A stretch of 64,000 bases of DNA from a virus (IMGVR_UViG_3300042317_000620:9170-73169), one strand, 5' to 3'. Shown: positions 49,001 through 59,850, numbered from the stretch's first letter. The notes: a model not told the origin generated them from the letters alone. Program-made: numbers and translations.

Positions 49001-50423
49001 AGTCTGAAATCAAACTATTTGAGTTTTCATTAAAAGACTGATCTTCATCAAAAATATTTATTGTTCCAGTTGATGCAAGCAATTGTCCAATAGGTAGTGC
49101 GCCTGAGCCAAGATCTCCTAAAGATTTTGTAACATTATAAGAAACAACTCTGTCAGAAATGTCCACATTAAGTCGTGGAGAAAACTCAATAAGGTCAAAT
49201 GTTGAATTAAATTTATTCATAGAGTCAACAATAATTCTAACACCACGAATATAATCAAACTCTCTATATCTAGTTTGATTAGTTGTTGCTTCTAAATATG
49301 AAGATGGATTAACCAAGTTAGTTACAAAATGTTTTGTTTGATCTAATGATTCATCAGTCAAGAACCATGTATACTCTGGAACAAATTGACTGTACTCATT
49401 GTCTAAATTATTCCAAATGTAGTATGTACCTTTATCGGAACTACTAGTTATAACTAAATATGCATACCCATCTACTGCATCTTTTGGAAGCAAGGTTGTT
49501 GATGATAAAATTTCAGCATGAATAAAACGAGATTTATATTGATCTGGAACTTTTAATCCGTAGGATAATTCTACGTACCCATCATCTGGAACAATTGGAG
49601 ATCCGTCTGGTCTTGTTGATGAAAAGTTAAAATCTTGAACAGTTACCCATTGATTTCCTTTTAATACTTGAATCTTCCATATAGTTGGAGTTGTTTTATT
49701 TACCATACCATAAAAAGGATCTGATAAAGTACTAATTGTAGATTTATACGGACCTAAATCAACACCACCAACATTGGTCTGCATTTTAATAATAACTCTA
49801 TTAGATGGAACATTATTTTTATAAACAACAAATGGGGCTGCATCATCTAAATAATATGATTGTCCTATAAGTCTATTTGCTATACCTCGTTCTGTTGTAT
49901 TAGCAGAAGAAGTAGATTCTTTTTCGGTTCTATAAGAAGTCCAGTATTTAAATTCATCATTTCTATCTGGCATATAATATCTTGGCCTTTGTGTAAAAAA
50001 AGAACCTTGATCATTTAATGCATCAGTAGTAAGCGAAGGGACATATCTGCCTGGAATATAAGATGTTTTGTTGATTCCTGATCTTGGTCTAAATGGCTTA
50101 ATACAATCTTCTAAAGAATAATATAGTTTAAGTTGTTCTTTTGTTGCGGTATAAAATATTGGGTTGTCATCATCATCTACCCCACCATCTACTACAACAT
50201 CAGCATCTGTTGCACCAGTATAAAATTGTCCGACATCATTTGCATCAAATGTTGACTGAATTGTTAAATATCTAGTATCACTACTTTGTGGGCGATATCT
50301 ATAGTTGCCTAACTTAAAAATATTATCTGGCATATTCATATTCCACTCAGCAACTATTTTTGATTTTGACTGAATAGTTGGTGAATTTTGAAAATGATTT
50401 TTTAGCGCTGTATTATTAAACAT
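46077..50423 (-). CDS. Large tail-tip/hub protein
   Basis: 1448 aa, two genes after the tape measure; PIVQLGDIVTI C-terminal motif. Confidence 0.7.
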   Translation of the reverse strand: MFNNTALKNHFQNSPTIQSKSKIVAEWNMNMPDNIFKLGNYRYRPQSSDTRYLTIQSTFDANDVGQFYTGATDADVVVDGGVDDDDNPIFYTATKEQLKLYYSLEDCIKPFRPRSGINKTSYIPGRYVPSLTTDALNDQGSFFTQRPRYYMPDRNDEFKYWTSYRTEKESTSSANTTERGIANRLIGQSYYLDDAAPFVVYKNNVPSNRVIIKMQTNVGGVDLGPYKSTISTLSDPFYGMVNKTTPTIWKIQVLKGNQWVTVQDFNFSSTRPDGSPIVPDDGYVELSYGLKVPDQYKSRFIHAEILSSTTLLPKDAVDGYAYLVITSSSDKGTYYIWNNLDNEYSQFVPEYTWFLTDESLDQTKHFVTNLVNPSSYLEATTNQTRYREFDYIRGVRIIVDSMNKFNSTFDLIEFSPRLNVDISDRVVSYNVTKSLGDLGSGALPIGQLLASTGTINIFDEDQSFNENSNSLISDYIRKNVKFTFYENVINVSGYDYLVPIKTLYSEGFPQADITGGTISIELRDLYFYFESMPAPELFITNVSLSYAVALLLDYVGFSNYIYKRNVNDIDPVIPYFFVSPDKNLAEILNDLAISTQTAMFFDEYNNFIVMSKEYLMPSASQRPINYELIGSKVTDTVNIIQNKIIDGKKLANIISVASQDKKIYNDGKITYKTRYIDKMYSQLGQETSISSEDKSWIYKPSLLWQIQDTQESKIGNSSGGYSLAALVLNKDLSNLPPTVQGGVIQNNVVDFGESAYLLVRYQGYFYANGEVIKYDAVEYNVAGIGNVWISNDAEYKYYLSNMPFNGKIYHTGRVRIYSEPYYELIAGTSRMKEGAVISSGRAQFGTQIAYHTAGLLQEWLSYDNRKGCVMESQYLFGGSTFAGSTTTGPAGVDNDLAKKSTANSVVKKYLGKSNLTENEISTTNIINPQKHKGVIQSSALVLKGPNFTSTDPNATNFITLITKSFQDRYNYFGTRIRIIGASVGEIQDENNDSYKTLTPLDGSIYYQIPTSSPNQPIKLSGNSGGLGVLVNAANNNGYYFEIISLDGGTEEQPDIIFYKIKKDSDSTKAIPELLWSGNGDILSDSGNFVGISKKFEDKYTTVYDLAVEYVDNLLGQNSRRFYLYINNVLIATVDDKDPLPKNYNTALFTRGGSKCMFEHLLAMGPNYSTNGATAITEPISKVFSGNSINIKDSLRKYALSGVLQDTYLSGVGPGNNPNYKIFYDEFGTIMRECAYLNVRFDNAYPALSSQILKPQDRVKDFTISNYQSNAYGAEFLIFNSTDSLLDLGTTSFNFLNILGIAFTQDNTNTLTVDDYFKKTSSFSDQELKGNAIVYSPVTEEQKYNTIKNSRIIYGKNDFSIESDYIQTSDDAENLMGWIINKLMQPKKSVGIEMFATPIVQLGDIVTIDYKNNDDIDMVATTNTRFIVYNIQYDRNDSGPSMTVYLSEV

Positions 50424-51058
50424 TACACTTCTTCCAAAGTAACAGAAATGTTCCAGAGATCGTGGTTGGTCCTACCTCTTTTTACAACATCATAACTAAA
50501 GTCTGCAATATACACCTGCACAATTTCACTATAACTTGTTAAGTGTAAGAATGCTGAATCATCTGATCCAAAATTTTTATAATTATCATATGATAAAAAC
50601 ATCCAAAATGGACCTTGGTGGTTTTCATACCAATCAAGAAGTTCAACTCCTCCTGCGCCACCGTCTGCTGTATACTCATTCTGTCCAGTAAGATCAGACT
50701 TACCCGTTGAATTAAAATCTGCAACCCTCAAATATGCTCTTGATGGCAAATTGTCCCAAGACATAGATATAGTCATTTTGTCTGCAATATGATGAGATCT
50801 CATATTTCCATTAATCATTCTTTGTCGTTGTTCTATTCTTGTTGGCTTAAATTGTATTGATGATCTATTATGATCTGATAAAATTAAAAATTGATTTGCT
50901 GGTTGAGCAGTAGTTGCTAATGATGAATCAGCACCTATTTCTTGTCCGATAGGAATATAAATACCAGTTGTATCTAATGTGCCAGAATTTTCTGACCAAA
51001 TTATAGCCTGTGGCCTAGCATGTCTTTTTCTACCTAAAATATATGATGCTGTTGCCAT
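50423..51058 (-). CDS. Distal tail protein-like
   Basis: Directly after the tape measure; RMING, SWDNLP, WNISVTLEEV. Confidence 0.65.
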   Translation of the reverse strand: MATASYILGRKRHARPQAIIWSENSGTLDTTGIYIPIGQEIGADSSLATTAQPANQFLILSDHNRSSIQFKPTRIEQRQRMINGNMRSHHIADKMTISMSWDNLPSRAYLRVADFNSTGKSDLTGQNEYTADGGAGGVELLDWYENHQGPFWMFLSYDNYKNFGSDDSAFLHLTSYSEIVQVYIADFSYDVVKRGRTNHDLWNISVTLEEV

Positions 51059-54000
51059 TATCTATTACCCCTAATTCTTTGTGAATCAATTTGTTTAATT
51101 TGATTAATAACAGTTCTTGCAATATCATTTGGATTTGCATTGCTATTTGATACATTGACGCTTAGACTATAATTATACACTGAGTTACCTGGAAGTTCTC
51201 CATTATTAATATTATTCATTACCCCTGTGCCAAGCATATCAACTGCTCTTTTTTGTATTACAAATTCTCCAGGAGTTAGCATTGCTGGAATAGTGTCTGT
51301 TCCTTTACCATATCCCCCTGCTGCAAAATATTTTGGAACAATTCCACCCATATTCATATATTTAGGAACCATACCGCCCGTAGACCTATACATTGCCGTC
51401 CATGCTCCCGTTGCTCTACTTGCTGCTAAATTTAATGGAGATGTAATATTTGCTTTGGCAGTTGCTTTTGCAGACTCTGCTTTTTTATCTGCTGCTTGTG
51501 CATCTCTATTTAGCGTTGGGTTAGATACCCCTGCTCCCTCTATTGCTCTAATGCTTGGTTTATTAATTTGAGAAGCAATAGATATACTTGAAAACTTTTT
51601 ATCTGCTGCTTGTGCATCTCTATTTAGCGTTGCTTGCTGTGCTGCAACTCCAGTATATATTTCAAACATTGTATTGCTTAACTTTTTATCATTTATTCTA
51701 CTTTCATTATTTGCGTCTGCTACCTTTTTTGCAATAATTGCTGTTGATGCTACTCTATCCGCCAGTCTTCCTGCGTCATTTGCTGCAGCAATTGCTTGTG
51801 GTACCGTTAAAGATTTTTTATCTGCTATTGCATTGTCTCTTGCTTCTATGGCTTTTGGCTCTGCAATTGCGTTCCGTTTTGCTTGTTCTATTGCTTCTGG
51901 AACAGTAAGAGCAGCCTTATCTTTTATTTGTTCTTCTCTAGCATTAGAGGCTGCTTTTTCATTTAATATTCTTTGTACATCTGCTACATCTTCTTTTTTG
52001 GCTTCAGCCCTTGCATTATTTCCAAGGAATTGCATTGTACTTGAATAAATACCCATCATTTCTGCTACCAGAGGACTCATCCTACCAACTGCATCAGATG
52101 CGTTTGCTGAAGATCGTTCAGCATTTTTAGAAGCAGTAAGTTGATCAATATTTCTTTGTCTTTGTTCTTCTGCTAATTGTTCTTGACGTTCTACCCAAGC
52201 AACTGTTTCCCTTACAACATCAGAAGATGGCCTTACGTTAATATCAATACCTGATCCACTTACCGTTGTTGGTTTTGTTGTATCTCCGTTTCTTACATTT
52301 ATTCCTGTTGGCGTAGTTACAACCTTTTTTTCTCCTTGTCTTACAGTTTCTGGTTTTTTTGTAGTAGGTTTTTTTGTAGTAGGTTTTTTTGTAGTAGGTT
52401 TTTTACCATCTGTAATTTTTGAAGAATTAGACGCTTTCTTTTTAGATGTTTTCTTTTTAGAAGGTTTAGATGAAGAACTTACTGGGGTAAAATTAAATCC
52501 AAGTCCTCTATTAAACATCCAGTCATCTGCAATAGCACCAGACTCTGATGTGCTGTCGCTTTGTTCAGATTTAGCAGATATAGATCCTACTGTAATTTTT
52601 TCTGTTAATGTTTTTAATGCTGCGGTATTATCAGTTGTAGCAGTCGTATTTATTCCTATTGGTGTTAGATCTGTTTCGTTTCCAGAAGGCTTTACTATTG
52701 GATTACCATTTTCATCATAGTTCATTGCAACGCCTGCTACTTTAGCACCAAATAAATCTTTTATTCGTTCATTAATAACACCTGCTACAGATGACAAAAG
52801 TGCTTGAGGTTTTCCAGCAACGGCATCTTTAATTGCTGATAGTAGACTTTGGCTGTCAAGTTTAAATCCACCAATTTCTTGAATTTTTGTAGCAATATCG
52901 TTATACGCCTTAAGTTCTTCTGGAGTTCTTTTAAGTGCTTTTGTAAACTCTTGAGCATATGCAATTTGTTTTTTAACAATATCTAAATTAATTTTAGCAA
53001 GGTCTGCAGCACTCTTAGCATTTTCTTCTTCAATTTGTTTTCTTGTTTTACCATCAGCAGTGATACTTTCAAGAGTTTTCTTTCTTGCCTCTTCAATACT
53101 CTTTCGTTTTGCTTCAAGTTGTGCCTGAATTTCTTGTTGTCTTACTGACTGAATTGCTCTTGCAGCAGCAGCCATATCTCCACGAGCAAGCGCTTCAGCA
53201 ATGCTAAATCTTCCTTCTTGCAAGCGATTAATCTCTTCATTGCGTTTTACAATTTCATCTAATGCTTGAATTTGTTTATCATAAACTTTATTGGCAAGTT
53301 CTTCTTCATAGTTTATAAGTTCTAATGCATAACCATTTCTTTTAGCAGCAATTTCTATTTCTGTTTTTTGTACAATAAATTGATTTTCTGCAATTGCATT
53401 TTGTAATTCAAGAAATTCCAACATTTGTTCATTTGCCGTTTGTTGACTTACAATTGCATCTTGTTGTTTAGTCAATACAACTTTATTATAATATTCTTCA
53501 AGATCGTTACGCTTTTGTTGTGATTCAACCAATTCCTCAAGCGCTTTACCCTTTAGTCTGCCATTTCTAATTTCAAGAGCAATTGAGTCACTTTCTGTAA
53601 TAGCCATTGCTGTAGCATAATCAATGCCTTGTTTCCTAAGTTTATTTACTGCAGCAGTTCTATTTTCTAGTTTTTGCATTTCTTTTGCATTGTTAGCAAC
53701 TATTTCTCCTGCAGCAATTGAGGCAAGTGCTTTATTAATCTGTTCAGCACCTGCTTTAATACCATTTTTAAACTTAACAACACCTTTTTCAATTTCTAAA
53801 CCAAATTTACCAAACTTCTTTTGTATTTCTTCTGGACTTAAGCCCTCTATCATATCTATAAATTCTGTACTAAGTTTTTTGGTAGCAACCAATTGATTTG
53901 TTATGCCATTAAATGTCATGTAGGCTCCGCCTTTTTTGCCACCTAAATCCATAACTCTTTTTAGTTCTTTAAATCCCTTTAATGAATTAACTGATGCTTG

Positions 54001-57000
54001 CTGAAAAAGTTTTAATTTTTTATTCATATCATCAAATGTTGTATCTCTTCCATCGCCTTTTTTCTTTGGTGGTGGTGTACTACCGCTTGGTTTTGGAAGA
54101 ATGCCAGTCTTACCATATATAGGCTTTACTTGACCAACAGTTGTTGCAACCTTGCCAACATCGCCTCTAATTTTTTGTTGAACAGATTCTGGAAGTATAC
54201 TTCCTCCAGCCTTTGCAATTGCAGCATCTTCTGCTGCTTTCTCTTCTTCTGGCGTTATTGTTTTATAAATTTGAATGAATGACTGAATAGCAGTTTTTTG
54301 TTGTTCTTTTGGTAACTTACTTATATAGTCCCAAAAAGCCATTAATTCTTTTTGTTCTCCAGCCTGGATATCTAAGCCTTCTGTTAAAATATTCATTATG
54401 GCATTTTTTTCAATTGGGTCTGGTAAATTTTCAATTTTATTAGAAAGTTCAATTATTTGATCTAACTTCTCTAAACTTCCATTATCATCAATAATCATTG
54501 AGGCTTTGAGTTCTTTGCCCTGAAGTTTAAATAATGCTGCAAGGGTTGCTGCTCTATCTTCAAATTTTCCAGAACCCTTTTTAGATGTAATTTCAGTAAA
54601 TATTTTTGCGCCAATTTCAGGATTTTTTTCTCCAAATAATGTATACAATACGTTAGAAACTTCAGAAACTTGGCCTGCGTCATTAATTTCAAATGCTGTA
54701 GATACTGTCTTAAGCATTTTTTCTTTATCACTACCAAACATTTCTAGTAAATTAGTTGCAGCACCTACTTCAAGTGCGCCACCTCCAACAAGTGTGTCAA
54801 TTATTACCTCTAGCCTTTGTGCTTTTACTCTAGTCTCATTAGTTGAAAATGCGCTAACTAAGTTTGAAGATTTTGCTAAAAATGCCTCTGCTCCTGCAGC
54901 ATTAGTATCTTTATATTTTTGTCTAACTTGCTCTTTTAATGATTCAAAAAATGGCACTTCTGTGCCTAATTTAACATTATTTACATTAGCAAGTTCATAT
55001 GCTTTCATCTGTTCGTCTAAAACTTTTCCAATACCTTTTCTTAATTGAGAAGTTTCTGTTTTTTGTTTTGTAGTTAATGCTGAAATTTGTTCATCAAGTG
55101 CTGCTTGTTTTTCTTTGTCTTTTGTTAATTCTTTTTGTTTTTTTAATTCTTGTATTTTTTTACTATATAGGTTATTTTGTGCATCTACTTGTGCCTGAAC
55201 TGCCTCAATATTTTGTACATTTACTGCTGCTACTTGTGCTGCATATCTTTCTACTTCTGTTTCTGTAAAGATGGATTTAAGTCCACTCCATGTTTTACCT
55301 GCAATACCTAACTTACTTATAGACTCTTCAAATCCTTTTAAAGAATTTTTGCCAATATCTAAATTTTCTTCAATAATTCTTGTTCTTAATAGTAATGGTG
55401 TTTCTAATAAATTTTCTCCATTTGGGCCAAGCAGTTCTCTTAGTTCTCCTACAATTTGAGAAGAAACTGTCATGTCATTAAGAGAAATACCTATAGATCT
55501 TGCAAAACTTTCTGCTTGTTCTAAACTCATAACTCCATCTGCAACATAAGAGCCTAGTTGTAAACCAAATTGTTTAACTGCTCCTCCTCTATCTGAAGAA
55601 AGTGCAACAGTAAAATTTTCATATATTTGTTTTCCAATGTCAGACTCCATCATTGATGTTCCAAACTGTTGACCTTTTCGATCAAAGCCAGTTAGATATT
55701 TATCTAATGTACCCATACTTCTTCGTTTATCCATTAATTCAGAAGCACCAATGTTGCCAGTTAATTTCCCAATTGATTTCATCTTTTCAGTCGTTGCAGA
55801 CATAGTTTCTATATATTGTGATTGTGCTTTTGCCTGTTGTTTATTTTTTTCTAGTAGATAATAAAATCCAGCAACTAATGCAATAGCACCAACAGCAAGA
55901 GCACTCCAAGGTCCTTGAATCACTTGCATTGCCATAGTAGCAACATTCATTGCAACCATAAATGGGGCAGCCTTTTGTGCAATTCCATTACCCATCATTC
56001 CAAGAACAGAGGATAGTGACGACATTCCAAATAATACCCCGTTTGTTCTAGCAAGCATTATTTTTCTTTTTTGTCTTTCAGCATCTCTAAGTTGTCCATC
56101 TTTTTCATCCACAACATTAGGAGCAGTAGTTCCAACTGGAACTATTTTTAGGCCATCTCTTTTATATTTAGGTTGTTTTGTTTTTTCTGTTGGCACCAAT
56201 TCGCCAGCAGCACCACTTCTTGTTAGTTTTGCAGCAGCATCTTTAAAACCTTTAATAGCACCTTTTGCTAATTCTGCTCCAGCAATATACATAATTCTAG
56301 ATGGCGATTTAATTTCTGCGGTATCTTTAAATCCATCAATTGCTCCTCGTGCTGCTTGAGATCCAACCGTATATGATGCTTTTAAGATTTTATAAGTTTC
56401 TGCTTTATCTTGTTTGTATTCTGCATTAATGTTTGCGTCAACAATTGCACTTTGATTTCTTGATAATCTTCTTCCTGATAACCCTTTAAATGCTCTACCA
56501 TTAAATTTTGCAGCATCTTCTGGCACAATCTCGTCATCCCCATACGGAGTTCCATATTGTAATTGGCTTCTCGGAATATCTCTTAAGACCATCTTTAACT
56601 GTGTTTTATTAAATACTTCAGTACTTGTTTTTGATTCATCATATCCAGCAAACATTGTAGAATGTTTTAATAATGCAGCAGTATGTGCTTTTTCTAATAT
56701 AACTTGTTTTTCTTTTTCTGACTTTGCCTGTAATAATAATGGCTGTACTGCTTTTTCTGCCTCAAGAATTTGATCTCTTGCCATAACTGAGGCTTTGCCT
56801 GCAGATACTCTACTTTTAATTAATGCATCTTCTATTGCTGCTGCATGCTTATCTCTTGAATAATCTATTTCTGCTTGTATTCTTTGTTTGTCAGTTAATC
56901 CAAGCATTTGTTTTTCAATATTAACTTGTTCAGAAACTAATGCAGCGGCTTCTTTTCTCTTATCTATATCTTTGCCTGAACTAACATATTCTTTAGCCTT

Positions 57001-59517
57001 TGCTGATGCTGCAACAAGTTCTTCATATGTTTTTGGTTCGCCTGCAATTCCAGCAGCATTTAGCATTGAGTTTCTTTCGCTAGATCCAGGAGTAGTTGTT
57101 CCAGAAAATCTATCTGTTCCTACTGCCGTTAAACTTTCAATATTATTTTGACTTAATTCTGTTGCTAAATCTTTTAAACTTATAATTAAAGGTTTTGCAA
57201 TTGTTACCAATCCGTCTGTAGTTGTAGATAACACACGTAGACCAACTTTTACGTCTGGCATTAGGCTTAATACTTTTTGTAATACTGGATCTGCTAATGT
57301 CGCAGGAAGTTGTGCTGGTGTTAATCCCTCAAGATGGCTTGCAACTCCAGAACTTCCTCCTGCAAATCCTGGAATATTATCTGCAATAATTCCCTGAATT
57401 AAAGGAGCATATTTTTTGTTTTGATCTGCAGGAATAATTGCCTCTCCTGGAGAAAGCATTGCAGGAACAACATCTCCAGCACCCTTTGGACCAGGAACAG
57501 ATACAACACCTTCTGCATATCCCTTTGGTTTTGGACCACCTGCACTAAAATAACCTGGATTTGACATTTTTAATCTAGTTGCTGCTAATGCAGCCTGTCC
57601 ATATGCCTCTGCAAGTAATGCAATAGAGTTACGTTCAAGAGTAAATGTTTGAATTAATTTAGAATGTGCTTGATCTAATGATGCTGCGATTGTTGCTGCC
57701 TCTTGTTGCTCTGTTGTTAAATAATTTGTTTGATTTCCTAAAAATTGTGAGTTTTTCCCTAAACCTAAAAATCCATTACGCACTGCTCCAAAAAGTTTAA
57801 TAATGTTTGCAAGTCCATTAGCGAGCAAACCAAAGGTCATAAGAACTACTGGGCCAATCGCTCCTACAATTAATACAAGTTTGGATATACCGCCTTTTAC
57901 TCCATCACTTAGTCCATTAAATTTTTCTAAAACTTTACCAACAAATTCTGCAATTGGAGTAACTGCTTTTAAAAACTGTTCTCCAACTGGAGCAATCGCA
58001 ACCTTAAGATCTTCCATTGATTTCTTAAACTTTGTACCAGTTGCATCTTCTACTGCGCCCAATTCTCGTTCAGACATAATAGCAAGTTCTTCTACAGACT
58101 TTGTTGTTAATTCTAAAGTTCTTGCTGCCTGATTACCATCTTTTGTTACGTTTTGAAACAATGTAGATAAACGTGCAAATTGGAACTTTCCAAATAACTG
58201 TTCAATTGCTCTTGCTCTTTCAAGTGGTGCTAATGTATCTAATGCTTGTGCAAAGCCAATAACAGTACCTTTAATATCGCCTTTGTTTGACTGAACAATT
58301 CCTTGGATATCAACACCCATCTCTTTGAGCATGGCTGATGCTTTTTCAGATGGATTAATTAAAGAAGCAAGACCAGACTTAAGTGCGTTAGCACCTTCTG
58401 ATGCGTTAATTCCACCTTCCTTCATTGCTGTTAGGAAGAATGCTAGATCTTCTACATCTCCACCAAGTTGCTTTACAACTGGACCTGCTTTTGGAATTGC
58501 AATAGTTAAATCTTCAATACCTACAACAGTCTGGTTTTCAACTGCGTTAAGAAAGTTAATTTTGCCTGCAAGTTGTTCTGCGGAATATCCAAAAGCATTT
58601 TGCAAAGACATTGTTGTTTCAAGTGCTTGTTGTTGCTCTACCTGTCCTAGCACCGCTAATCTTGTTGCCTCTGCAACCTGTGCCATTAAATCTGCGCCCT
58701 GTTTACCTTGTGCTGCAGCATCTGCTGCCATCTTCATGGTATCCACAACTGCTACACCATATTTTGTAAATTCTTCTGCTAGTTTTCTAATTTCATTTAA
58801 TGCTTTAGTTGTTTCACCTTGAGTAGTAAACATTTCGCCATAGACACGCTTGAATCTAATTGCTTGAAGTTCAAGATCCATAAATACTTGTGCTGCTTTA
58901 GTACCAAAAATAGTAAGTGGAATTGTAAAACCAACCATAAGTTGGCGACCTGCCCACTGTGTATTTTTACCAAAATTAAGAAGATTAGTTGATCCCTGTT
59001 TTAATAGTTGACCAAAAATTTGTTGTTTTTGAGATGTAATTGCAACCTTGGTAGCAAGATCGTCCATATCTAAAGAAAGTGGTCTAACAGCAATTGCCTT
59101 AAGTGCTCCATTAGCACCTCTACCCATTTTAATATACTGGGTTTGTAAATCTTTTACTCTTTCTTCTGCAACTTTTTGAATTGTATTAAACTCAGAAGAA
59201 AACATTTTAGAAAATGCTTTAGTGGATCCTGCTGCATATTTAAAATATTCTCTAGTTGAAAATTTATTTTTTTCTAATGACTGAGTAAATCTTTCAGTTG
59301 AACTTTGAATTTCTTGAATTCCAGCAGCAAACTTACCTGTAGCATTAATTGAGTTTATAAGATTATTAGAAAACTCTGCTTGTGCTTTTACTGCTGTTGT
59401 ACTTGATTTTGCAAAAGAGGCATTAAAGGTTGCCAACTGCCTTTGTAGATTTTTAAGGTTGGCAAGGGCTGCAGTCGTGTCAATATTGACCTGAATATTT
59501 GACTGTACATCAGCCAC
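51058..59517 (-). CDS. Tape measure protein
   Basis: ~2820 aa helical; TP901-type core (ANALKSGL, QLFG); two D..PAML.PGE motifs; GTG start with GAGGTG. Confidence 0.92.
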   Translation of the reverse strand: MADVQSNIQVNIDTTAALANLKNLQRQLATFNASFAKSSTTAVKAQAEFSNNLINSINATGKFAAGIQEIQSSTERFTQSLEKNKFSTREYFKYAAGSTKAFSKMFSSEFNTIQKVAEERVKDLQTQYIKMGRGANGALKAIAVRPLSLDMDDLATKVAITSQKQQIFGQLLKQGSTNLLNFGKNTQWAGRQLMVGFTIPLTIFGTKAAQVFMDLELQAIRFKRVYGEMFTTQGETTKALNEIRKLAEEFTKYGVAVVDTMKMAADAAAQGKQGADLMAQVAEATRLAVLGQVEQQQALETTMSLQNAFGYSAEQLAGKINFLNAVENQTVVGIEDLTIAIPKAGPVVKQLGGDVEDLAFFLTAMKEGGINASEGANALKSGLASLINPSEKASAMLKEMGVDIQGIVQSNKGDIKGTVIGFAQALDTLAPLERARAIEQLFGKFQFARLSTLFQNVTKDGNQAARTLELTTKSVEELAIMSERELGAVEDATGTKFKKSMEDLKVAIAPVGEQFLKAVTPIAEFVGKVLEKFNGLSDGVKGGISKLVLIVGAIGPVVLMTFGLLANGLANIIKLFGAVRNGFLGLGKNSQFLGNQTNYLTTEQQEAATIAASLDQAHSKLIQTFTLERNSIALLAEAYGQAALAATRLKMSNPGYFSAGGPKPKGYAEGVVSVPGPKGAGDVVPAMLSPGEAIIPADQNKKYAPLIQGIIADNIPGFAGGSSGVASHLEGLTPAQLPATLADPVLQKVLSLMPDVKVGLRVLSTTTDGLVTIAKPLIISLKDLATELSQNNIESLTAVGTDRFSGTTTPGSSERNSMLNAAGIAGEPKTYEELVAASAKAKEYVSSGKDIDKRKEAAALVSEQVNIEKQMLGLTDKQRIQAEIDYSRDKHAAAIEDALIKSRVSAGKASVMARDQILEAEKAVQPLLLQAKSEKEKQVILEKAHTAALLKHSTMFAGYDESKTSTEVFNKTQLKMVLRDIPRSQLQYGTPYGDDEIVPEDAAKFNGRAFKGLSGRRLSRNQSAIVDANINAEYKQDKAETYKILKASYTVGSQAARGAIDGFKDTAEIKSPSRIMYIAGAELAKGAIKGFKDAAAKLTRSGAAGELVPTEKTKQPKYKRDGLKIVPVGTTAPNVVDEKDGQLRDAERQKRKIMLARTNGVLFGMSSLSSVLGMMGNGIAQKAAPFMVAMNVATMAMQVIQGPWSALAVGAIALVAGFYYLLEKNKQQAKAQSQYIETMSATTEKMKSIGKLTGNIGASELMDKRRSMGTLDKYLTGFDRKGQQFGTSMMESDIGKQIYENFTVALSSDRGGAVKQFGLQLGSYVADGVMSLEQAESFARSIGISLNDMTVSSQIVGELRELLGPNGENLLETPLLLRTRIIEENLDIGKNSLKGFEESISKLGIAGKTWSGLKSIFTETEVERYAAQVAAVNVQNIEAVQAQVDAQNNLYSKKIQELKKQKELTKDKEKQAALDEQISALTTKQKTETSQLRKGIGKVLDEQMKAYELANVNNVKLGTEVPFFESLKEQVRQKYKDTNAAGAEAFLAKSSNLVSAFSTNETRVKAQRLEVIIDTLVGGGALEVGAATNLLEMFGSDKEKMLKTVSTAFEINDAGQVSEVSNVLYTLFGEKNPEIGAKIFTEITSKKGSGKFEDRAATLAALFKLQGKELKASMIIDDNGSLEKLDQIIELSNKIENLPDPIEKNAIMNILTEGLDIQAGEQKELMAFWDYISKLPKEQQKTAIQSFIQIYKTITPEEEKAAEDAAIAKAGGSILPESVQQKIRGDVGKVATTVGQVKPIYGKTGILPKPSGSTPPPKKKGDGRDTTFDDMNKKLKLFQQASVNSLKGFKELKRVMDLGGKKGGAYMTFNGITNQLVATKKLSTEFIDMIEGLSPEEIQKKFGKFGLEIEKGVVKFKNGIKAGAEQINKALASIAAGEIVANNAKEMQKLENRTAAVNKLRKQGIDYATAMAITESDSIALEIRNGRLKGKALEELVESQQKRNDLEEYYNKVVLTKQQDAIVSQQTANEQMLEFLELQNAIAENQFIVQKTEIEIAAKRNGYALELINYEEELANKVYDKQIQALDEIVKRNEEINRLQEGRFSIAEALARGDMAAAARAIQSVRQQEIQAQLEAKRKSIEEARKKTLESITADGKTRKQIEEENAKSAADLAKINLDIVKKQIAYAQEFTKALKRTPEELKAYNDIATKIQEIGGFKLDSQSLLSAIKDAVAGKPQALLSSVAGVINERIKDLFGAKVAGVAMNYDENGNPIVKPSGNETDLTPIGINTTATTDNTAALKTLTEKITVGSISAKSEQSDSTSESGAIADDWMFNRGLGFNFTPVSSSSKPSKKKTSKKKASNSSKITDGKKPTTKKPTTKKPTTKKPETVRQGEKKVVTTPTGINVRNGDTTKPTTVSGSGIDINVRPSSDVVRETVAWVERQEQLAEEQRQRNIDQLTASKNAERSSANASDAVGRMSPLVAEMMGIYSSTMQFLGNNARAEAKKEDVADVQRILNEKAASNAREEQIKDKAALTVPEAIEQAKRNAIAEPKAIEARDNAIADKKSLTVPQAIAAANDAGRLADRVASTAIIAKKVADANNESRINDKKLSNTMFEIYTGVAAQQATLNRDAQAADKKFSSISIASQINKPSIRAIEGAGVSNPTLNRDAQAADKKAESAKATAKANITSPLNLAASRATGAWTAMYRSTGGMVPKYMNMGGIVPKYFAAGGYGKGTDTIPAMLTPGEFVIQKRAVDMLGTGVMNNINNGELPGNSVYNYSLSVNVSNSNANPNDIARTVINQIKQIDSQRIRGNR
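51482..51632. repeat. 37-bp direct repeat within the tape measure gene
   Basis: tttttatctgctgcttgtgcatctctatttagcgttg at 51482 and 51596 (TLNRDAQAADKK twice). Confidence 0.85.
52352..52404. repeat. 15-bp tandem repeat, about 3.5 copies (KKPTT)
   Basis: ggtttttttgtagta units. Confidence 0.85.
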
Positions 59518-59535
59518 CCACAACACCTCTTTTTT

Positions 59536-59850
59536 TTACATATTTAGCAATGAAGTATCTTGTAGTTTAACTCCTGATGCCGCTTCAACAATCTTATAAA
59601 CTGTTGGCAGATCAATGTTTTCCTCAAGAGCCTTAATGTCTTTTGCTAGTTCTGGTTTGTATTGCTGCATTGCAATCTGTACACACTCAATTAGAATGTC
59701 CATAGATTTTTCATTATTATCAGCAACAGCCGTAACACCTTCAAACTTCTTTAAAAATTCTCTTAGAAGTGAGATTTTAAGTGGTCTAACTGCTACCTTT
59801 GTTCCATCAATAAGTTCGACAGTTTCTGTGTTGTCGTTCTTCGCTACCAT
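59536..59850 (-). CDS. Tail assembly chaperone, short form
   Basis: Between major tail and tape measure genes; paralog of the N-half of 59899-60585. Confidence 0.7.
   Translation of the reverse strand: MVAKNDNTETVELIDGTKVAVRPLKISLLREFLKKFEGVTAVADNNEKSMDILIECVQIAMQQYKPELAKDIKALEENIDLPTVYKIVEAASGVKLQDTSLLNM

Noticed and set aside
52352-52404. Tandem repeat as CRISPR array or origin iterons
   Set aside because: In-frame 15-bp coding repeat without spacers
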